Made by a program: the position numbers and the translations under genes
Source: Nemertoderma westbladi
Taxonomy: Eukaryota; Animalia; Xenacoelomorpha
DNA length: 46,201 nucleotides
Direction: 5' to 3'
Assembly: GCA_032718475.1 (NCBI GenBank)
Contig: JAUCBJ010002031.1
Location: forward strand, 1 to 46,201
Shown here: piece after piece, positions 25,238 to 33,437 of the stretch
Numbering within the stretch: position 1 is the stretch's first letter
Layout of the letters: every line of letters begins with the position of its first letter
The notes under the pieces: generated by a model
The model's database searches: none
What the model saw: the letters and a program-made list of their open reading frames with translations, nothing else
What the model was told of the DNA's origin: nothing

Positions 25238-26621
25238 GATGAGATTGATCAAGCGGAATTAAAGCATTTGAAACATTATCAAATGTGTGCCTTCCCGAAA
25301 GAATTCTATCTATTATCGGCTCAACGACCAACCCGATAAGGGTTTGATTTGTCATAGATCGAGAATCCAGACTGTCGACATAAACTCACAGTTTAGGTTC
25401 CCAGTGATAATCCCTAGTCACCCGATAGAATTGCAAAGAGCGATTCTATGGGATATACACAAGAGGTTGCATCACGCGGGAAGGTTACACTGTCTGTCGG
25501 CAGCGAGACAGCGATTCATTCTATTGCAGCCAAGCAGGGCAGTAGGCACTATGTACGACGCCTGTCTGGTTTGCAAGAGGGTGAACGCCAGAGTATTGGA
25601 ACAGGAGATGGCTGAACTCCCGGAAGCGAGAGTGCAGGCATATGACCCACCCTTTACGAACACAGGGGTGGATTGTTTTGGTCCGATTGAAGCAAAGAGT
25701 GGACGGCTGACCCACAAGCGATGGGGTCTGCTACTGACATGTATGGCGAGTAGAGCCATACACATTGAGCGTGTGGCAGACATGTCGACCAAATCTCTGC
25801 TCCTGGCCTTAAAGAGATTTATGGCCAGGAGAGGACTAGTAAAGGCGTTCTACTCTGACAAGGGTACAAACTTTGTCGGAGGGAATAGCGAGTTGAACGC
25901 GGCTCATAAAGCAGCACAGAATAAGGAAATTTCTGCAGCACTTTTGCCGCAACGAGTAGAATGGAGATTTAATACTCCAGAAAGTCCTTGGAGAGGAGGA
26001 AGTTGGGAGCGTTTGGTTCGCTCTGTGAAGCAGGCCATTGCCAAAACATTGCCTGTGAACAAACAACTTACCGACGACGAACTGGTCACAGCTTTCATTG
26101 AAATCGAGCATACCCTAAACTCGAGGCCGATAGCTATGTTGCCAGACGGTGTTGCATTAACGCCGAATCATTTGCTAATGCAGAGTCCAGCATTTCTTGT
26201 GCCGGCATCAGAACCCATTAGTGCCGACCTATATAGTCGTAAAAGCTGGAAAGTAACACAGTTTGTGGCGTACACATTCTGGGAATATTGGCGGGAATAC
26301 TATCTTCCCACCATATCCACCAGAACAAAGTGGTACAAAACGGTTCGGAGTCTCCAAAGGGGAGATTACGTATTGATAACCGAACCGATTGTCAAGAGAA
26401 AGTATTGGGAGACTGGAGTGATCTTGCACACACACCCAGACGTGCAAAACATAGTGCGCACAGTCACTGTGAAAATTAGGTGCAAGTGTCCGCACCCAAA
26501 GAAGTGTAAAACTAATGGTTTACACACCTTGGACCGACCAGTCCAAGATATCGTGTTATTAGAGGAGACACGTATCGAGACGGGAGATTATAATTTGTCT
26601 CCTGCCTCAAAACAGAATTAG
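25238..26621 (+). CDS. BEL integrase, cut off from Pol by a TAG and a frameshifting deletion near 25300
   Basis: After the TAG the frame reads DEIDQAELKHLKHYQMCAFPKE, then shifts to KNSIYYRL. HHCC zinc finger (IHKRLHHAG...CLVC), GVDCFGP, SDKGTNF, GGSWER, LNSRP. Confidence 0.9.
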
Positions 26622-26731
26622 TGTTGGACGCAACTCACTTCGTATGCATTCCTCGTATGCAAATACAAGGAAATGCATAGGAGCGGGGTTGTGGTGATTT
26701 GCGTTGAGTTTTGTCTGGTGGGTATCAAAAC

Positions 26732-27080
26732 TGGTAAACAACCGCGACACCTATACTAACAGCAGAACTGTTGAACAGACAAATACCCGTATACCTCTCT
26801 GCCAACCTAATGAGCTCTCGCCTAACCAATAAGACACAAAGACTGCTCTACTGTTAAGTAAAGGGGATCAGGAGTGTGCTATTACTAAATTGTAAGGGTT
26901 GCTAAATACAAAACCGCTACTTACCGTTGGATGGCGCTAATCTGCCGTCCGCTAATATATTTTACTAAATTTACACAGCTCCTGCAAAATCGCTTGTTCC
27001 TTTCTCTACCGATCGCTCGATAGAGAGCTAACTATTCGAATCTATGAGCCACGCGGGAATAACCAAAACAATAAACCCGA
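26732..27080 (-). repeat. Internal inverted copy of the terminal 349 bp of the LTR
   Basis: Reverse complement of 16904-17252 (and 31462-31810) with 3 mismatches seen. Confidence 0.95.
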
Positions 27081-27723
27081 CCACGGGTATTGTGGGAAAA
27101 TTAGAAAATTTTAAAAAATTAGAAGTGAACCCAAGACAATTCCAGACGCTGTGTATAGACGCGTTTTTGAATTCGTCTATAGATAAACAGTAATTCAAAA
27201 GTCGTGAAGCCTGGAAAATAGCATTTAGAAACCATGGTGACGGCTATATTACGTAGGAGTGTAAATTGAGTTTAGCAACTTCCACAGATTGGTGCCAACA
27301 GTGCAACTAAGGTGCTAAAGGTTAGTAGCACCAGAGGCGTACATGGACCCCACTCAGTAGTTTGCAGGATGTGTGATGTTCGATTATCAAACCTGTGGGT
27401 TTGGTATAGTCGAGTATTGTGGCTATGGTCCTTTCTAACTACTGTAGTTTAGTACGAGTAATGGGAGTAGTTTGGGCATCAAAAAGTGAGTTGGTCACGG
27501 CCAGTTTATCTCCAAAGTTTTTGCGCTATGCATGGGAATAGGTTAGAGGATAGTTAGTTAGGAAGAGACGGGATCTAGAGAGTCGAACCTGAACTGCTGG
27601 AAGGCAGCTGGAAGGGGGGTTCGGGAAGTCTGTCCTTCGGCGACATCTAACTGATTACCCACGGTGTAATTGGTTTGCGTAACGGAACACTTATTGGGAT
27701 ATATATGTATATACGCGGGCATA

Positions 27724-28792
27724 ATGGAGAAGGATATTAGAGCGCAACCGTGCAGAGGATTTACTGCCAGAGAGGAGGCGGAGTTACCATTCGCGCGACC
27801 GGGATGTAAAGATTCGAACGTTTACTACCATGGGCGGTCGGTGATGGAGCTAAATGGGAAATACAAACCCACGATTCCCGACCGACTAGACGAGCAACAT
27901 CCAGAACCGATATTAACGCGATGTCAAGCTCACCAGTTCCTTAGATATAACGAGGGAGGTTACCCGATGAGCAACCCGATGATCAGTATCGACTTCAGCG
28001 GAAAGCGACCTCCGAGACCCATTACGCCGACCGTTACAACATTAGATCCGTATACGGAGATTAAACATGTTCGACACCCGCTTTGATAGACACGGCGGCG
28101 GCCATTTCGCTATACCGAGCCTATAAAGACCTAGAGGCGCGGCGCGAAGCGGCACGGGACTCGAGTTCCTGGACCACGTTCACTTCGCTTCACCAGGAAA
28201 GGAAGGTCACGCCTGAGTATCCAGACGAGATTCGCGCAGTCCATCCGTCTACTAACCATACCCACGATCCGCGATTTATACGATATTTACTCCAAATTAT
28301 TTCGGGAAGTTTCGACGAACGCATTATTAAGCCCGAATATGTCCAATCCTTTATATATCATCGTCGCTCTGATATATACGTCTAGAATTATTACCCAGCG
28401 CACAATTGGCGGCCTAAGGAGACTCGTTTGGGGTCATTGACCTCTGAACGAGTGGAGGATCAGGACCGCCGCGCCCACAGCGACAACAGCCGGAGCTCAC
28501 AGCTCGCGGCAAGTACCAGAAGGAGGAGTCCTTGGCAAGCGTCAAGCCAAGGACGAGCAGTCCCATTCTACTGTTGAAGAAAGAGGAGTTGGCGGAGGCG
28601 CCCACAGGGACACGACAAATGGGACGAGGCCGAGGGAGGAGCACCAGTCGGGAGATAGTCGGTGCCCAGGGAACGTCGTCGCCGGTTCCGGGAAGTGACG
28701 CCTCAAGGACGCCGTCAACAGAGTCTACAGGGGGTAGACTGGTGTATCTGGAGAAGGGAGCGAGCCCGAGAGACCCAGGAGCTAGCCGATGA
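27724..28792 (+). CDS. Cluster of small orphan ORFs (27724-28086, 28083-28385, 28532-28792) in the env-like position
   Basis: GC-rich island of consecutive plus-strand ORFs; first two overlap at TTGA; no recognisable domain or transmembrane segment. Confidence 0.35.
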
Positions 28793-29603
28793 GACTATAA
28801 TATCACGGAGCGACAAACTCTAGACATATACATCATCGTCGCTCTGATGTATATCGTAGGTTTGATAAACATTCGACTGGACTCATATACACTAGTCGTA
28901 TCCATGTTTTAGAATTTTATTTTCGAAGGCCAAAAATATTGAAAGTAAATACTTTAACTTTGTAGTCCGATTGGAAATAGTAAATACTTTAACTATATTT
29001 GATTTTGTGTATATGACTTTATTTGCTCTAAAGTTTATTGAAAGAGGCAAAGGAAATGATTGGGGAGACGAACCCGCGGGTTTGGCTTACTCCTTTCACT
29101 TACCTGAGCAATCATCAAACCAAGATGATTTGCGTTTTTTATAAGAAATTAAGTAAAGTCCGAAAATGAAAGAAATTATTACGTATTTTATATTTAGTTT
29201 GATTATCGGCCTTTAATGCAATTTAGTTAAAAATTTAGCCTCAAATACGTTTATATTTAGTTTATCTTGTTAATGTTGATCGTTAATTGAGATGGGAAAT
29301 GGGGGACATTGTCCTAGCCATGTTCCATTTCAATAAGTAGATCGTTAATTTGTAAATAAATAAAGGAAGTAATATTTTTGTAAATTTAATTTGTATGTAG
29401 TAATCATTATGTAGTAAGAATGAACGAGAAACAATATTTTGTAAATTTAATTTGTATGTAATTCATTATGCAATATCTATAGCAATATTTGTAAATAGTA
29501 GAATTATTGTGTTATTTAGATTAGTTGGAAGAAATTTATTTTGTTTTGTATACATCACCTTATACTCTTCTACAATTGGAGGGAAACATTATATGATTTC
29601 CCT

Positions 29604-29611
29604 TGGAGCGG
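29604..29611 (+). promoter_or_regulatory. Polypurine tract (TGGAGCGG) abutting the 3' LTR
   Basis: Directly precedes TGTTACGG at 29612. Confidence 0.8.
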
Positions 29612-30761
29612 TGTTACGGTATATGGCGCTGTATCCACAGTATTAGTCCATTATGCAGTATGCAGTATTAGTCCATTATGCAGTATGCAGTATTAGTCCG
29701 TTATACTGTACGTAATATTAGTCCGTTGTGCAGTATAATTATTTAGATAAGGCGCAGTGTGGTGACATTTAGGTAAGGAAGTTAAAACGCCCATATATTT
29801 TGCATCCATTCATTTTGTATAGTATGTAGCCCTACCTACGTAATTTTGTATTAGGATATATGTAGATAGTTCCAGGGTAGCGAGTTTACTCGGACCCTGG
29901 ATTTTGTGCTTGCTGATATTAGTTTGATAGGGCTAGCATATAGGGACGCTGTCCTGGCCATTCAGCAGCCAGAGACGTGATCCATTACCATATATGGTAA
30001 TAATTTGAGGGCATAGGGCTACAATCTGGTCTCCTTATTGGATTAACTGCTTCCAGGTTGGTTTAATGCTAGCATGGACTGGAGAGCCAATGGGAGAGCG
30101 ATTGAGTCACCTTATTGCATCACCCCATCCGGATCACCTATAAATTGGCGGTGTGCCGGTAGGGCCTTTGTTGTTCATATATTTGTTCATATGTTCATGC
30201 TTTATCACATGACACACCCCTGTTACAATTTACTTGCTGAGCTGTCTCTAATTTTGTATTAGGATATCGTATTTTCTGCAATTTGCTAATTTTGATTAAT
30301 TTCTTGGAATGATTTACTAGTGCGATTACTTTGCTTGTGTTTCTCAATAATTCCTTCGATTACTGCAAATTACAATCGAACTATGATTTCTACCTTTGAT
30401 TGATGGTTCTATGTGATTCTTTTCTGCGCAATAATCCCAAGGGATTCCTGAGACTGTCAGACTTTGTGATTTGCATGCGCCGCTACGGTAGCTATTAGCA
30501 TAATGAAGGGCTAAGGTGCCAGTGGGCGGTGGGCACATCGGGGGGTTGAGCGACTAGGGAGAGCGGAGGATTCAAAAGCGGGCGACGCTGGCGGGGGTCA
30601 ACGTTGCGGTCGGGCGATTTGGACTGTAGGTTGGAGACCGCTCGCTGGTACAGTAATTAGGGGGCTGATGATCCAGGTTTTGTCTCTATTTAGTATTAGG
30701 GGGCAGGAATTGGGTTAGTTAGGAAGCCTAGATGTACCCGGGAGGGGCCTGCATACCTTAC

Positions 30762-30792
<31 letters not shown>

Positions 30793-31810
30793 TGCGAGTA
30801 AGTAGATTGCGAATTAGTCAATTGCGAATTATTATGTTGCGAATTATATAATTGCAGATTGTATAATTGCAAGTCGTGCTATTGTGATCTGTGATTGCTG
30901 ACGCTGATTGGTGTGTTACTAAAGTGTGCCTATGATTACGAATGCTTAGATAGGCGCTCTTTTCCCTTTGATTGATTCTATCTCTTAGTTTACCGTAAAT
31001 AATTACTGATTAGGTCAAAGTAATACAGTATTTTAGGCTGTTACATATTTGTGACTGTAATTAATTAGTAAAATTAAGAATTAGTACGCAGCATAGCGGA
31101 GAGTAGCTAAGGTAATAATTTAGAGTACCGTAAACTATTCACGCTAAGCGGTTATTTGCATTAGCGGGCAATAAGCTAGATCGCAGTAGTCAGTACGCAA
31201 GACACTAGTAAGTTGCTGGCCTAAAGCCAGCTGCAGGCAAGTTTAGACCCAGAGCGGTATCACCTACGAAAGACATTGTACTGTACCAATTTTGATTATT
31301 TTAAATATTCTCGCATTCACACATTCCATTAGGGAACCCTCAGTATTCGCGATTAGAAAAGACGTAAGCATTGGCGTATTTCAGTAGTAAAATTAGGCGT
31401 AAGAATATACTCTGAGTGCAAAGCCCCTCGCACTCGTCTTAAGTAAGCTTAGGGAGCCGACTCGGGTTTATTGTTTTGGTTATTCCCGCGTGGCTCATAG
31501 ATTCGAACAGTTAGCTCTCTATCGAGCGATCGGTAGAGAAAGGAACAAGCGATTTTGCAGGAGTTGTGTAAATTTAGTAAAATATATTAGCGGACGGCAG
31601 ATTAGCGCCATCCAACGGTAAGTAGCGGTTTTGTATTTAGCAACCCTTACAATTTAGTAATAGCACACTCCTGATCCCCTTTACTTAACAGTAGAGCAGT
31701 CTTTGTGTCTTATTGGTTAGGCGAGAGCTCATTAGGTTGGCAGAGAGGTATACGGGTATTTGTCTGTTCAACAGTTCTGCTGTTAGTATAGGTGTCGCGG
31801 TTGTTTATCA
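29612..31810 (+). repeat. 3' LTR (2199 bp)
   Basis: Direct repeat of 15054-17252, followed by TSD TGATC. Confidence 0.97.
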
Positions 31811-31878
31811 TGATCCTTAACATACAATCGGCCAATGAGTCAGCATCCCGACCTTGCAGCCCCTCATGCCACACCACA
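31811..31878 (-). pseudogene. Sola-type transposase fragment upstream of the BEL insertion site
   Basis: Reads VVWHEGLQGRDADSLADCMLRI and continues in frame into IREEQDSKEFIFWLDNC once one TSD copy is removed. Confidence 0.8.
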
Positions 31879-31881
31879 CAA

Positions 31882-32034
31882 TTCATCCCCCCTCAAACGT
31901 CACCACTACCAAACCCCTCAGTATGTCCCCCTCCAATGCACCACTCCCCTCAATATGTCCCCCTCCAACGTCACCACTCCCACTCCCCTCTGTATGTCCC
32001 CCTCAAACGTCACCACTCCCACTCTCCTCTGTAT
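31882..32034. repeat. 39-bp C-rich minisatellite, left part (inside Sola)
   Basis: atgtccccctccaacgtcaccactcccactcccctctgt units; resumes at 37935. Confidence 0.9.
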
Positions 32035-32234
32035 TCTCAGTATAGTATAGTCAGTACAGCAGCAGGACAGTTTACATTAAATATTGAATTATTATTAGAT
32101 ATTGAATTAAACTATTTGACTTTAAACTGATTCTGATTTTGATATTGGTTTTTTATTGATATTGTGGAATTCAACGCCTAGTTGCACAGCAAAGCACAAA
32201 GCGACAGACCCTAGCAAAAAAGTAAAGAGAGAAT

Positions 32235-33437
32235 ATGTCCCACTCGCAACCGACTACGGGTGGGGGCCGCCGGTCAAGCATTGCTTCTGACCATCGGCAA
32301 AGCTCATCCGGATCTATACACACCACCATGCAGAAGAAACGGGAGGTTAAGTCAGCAAAGATAACACCTCCCGCTAACGTTGAAGCTGTTTCGGTACCTT
32401 CAAACCAAAGAAACGACGGTAGCGAAGAGATAGAAGTTTGCTGCTCGGGTGCGAACTGCGAAATTTCGATGATATGTATCGCCGCGAACGGAACAGACTT
32501 TGGCCGAGTTGACTTTTATTGTGGTCGATGTGTTGGGCGATGGTTGTCTCGAACATCAAAAGATTTAGAAGATTTGGAGTCTCGCATAGACGATAAACTT
32601 CTTGAATTTCAGCAACAACTTGATGCTGCTGAAGACAAGTCGACCAATATCGAAAAAAGTATAAATGACAACCGACAACTAGTAAATACCAGACTTAAGG
32701 AAATGCGAGTTGAGATTGAGACCAGTGTGGAGGATCTACATGGGAAACTGGACGGACTTGATTCCCCCTCGATCTTAATAGATGATGGCGAATGGAATGA
32801 AGTTCCATCCTCCCGTAAGTCCAAACGCAGCAATAACTCCCACGAACCTTCTAATCTAGCTCTTCTTGCGCGCAGAGTTAAGAAGGGTGAAGAAACAGAA
32901 CAACAGCGTCGTAAAGATAATATTGTTGTTAGCGGAACCTCAGTAGAGGACGATGATAACCAGCTTGTGATTGATATTGCCAAATCTATACGCATTGAGT
33001 TGGTATCCACGGATATATCCACTAAACGGGTGGGTAAAATTAAAGATAACGGGACGCAAACAATGGTGGTCACCTTATCTCCAAATACGAGAGCAACCTT
33101 ACTTCGGAAATCGCGCGAGCTGCGTCAATCACAACGCTACAACAACGTATATATATCGCCCGATTACACTCCTGCCGAATCCAATTATCAATACCAACTA
33201 AGAGAAGAACGCCGTAATCTACAGAAATCACATCCTGATAAACGTTGGGTTATATACAGGAGCGAAGTTATAGATGCTGCTAAACTGAACCATCGTAATG
33301 CGTCTCCTTACGGAACTCAGGGATCTCTACCAGTTCAAAAGGAAGTCCCTTCCAGCCACCGTTCTAAGACCATCTACAGATCTAAGGCGGCACAGCCATC
33401 CGTGACCCCTGTATCGCCATCCAAACGTGTAGACTGA
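32235..33437 (+). CDS. LINE ORF1 protein
   Basis: Cys cluster (PHD-like ...FYCGRC), coiled coil, RRKDNIVVSG and VYISPDYT motifs typical of CR1/L2-group ORF1. Confidence 0.85.
   Translation: MSHSQPTTGGGRRSSIASDHRQSSSGSIHTTMQKKREVKSAKITPPANVEAVSVPSNQRNDGSEEIEVCCSGANCEISMICIAANGTDFGRVDFYCGRCVGRWLSRTSKDLEDLESRIDDKLLEFQQQLDAAEDKSTNIEKSINDNRQLVNTRLKEMRVEIETSVEDLHGKLDGLDSPSILIDDGEWNEVPSSRKSKRSNNSHEPSNLALLARRVKKGEETEQQRRKDNIVVSGTSVEDDDNQLVIDIAKSIRIELVSTDISTKRVGKIKDNGTQTMVVTLSPNTRATLLRKSRELRQSQRYNNVYISPDYTPAESNYQYQLREERRNLQKSHPDKRWVIYRSEVIDAAKLNHRNASPYGTQGSLPVQKEVPSSHRSKTIYRSKAAQPSVTPVSPSKRVD

Larger units (their letters stand above)
15054..31810 (+). mobile_element. Full-length BEL/Pao LTR retrotransposon 2 (16,757 bp), recent insertion
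   Basis: Two 2199-bp direct repeats TGTTA...TATCA; 5-bp TSD TGATC (15049-15053, 31811-31815); domain order Gag-PR-RT-RH-IN. Confidence 0.97.

Noticed and set aside
27670-28792. Envelope gene
   Set aside because: No signal peptide, transmembrane anchor or Cys-rich ectodomain.
28845-28870. Hammerhead ribozyme at CTGATG
   Set aside because: No GAAA core or compatible stems.
15054-31810. DIRS-type element, suggested by the internal complementary region
   Set aside because: It encodes a DDE integrase and protease, has direct LTRs and a 5-bp TSD, and no tyrosine recombinase was seen.
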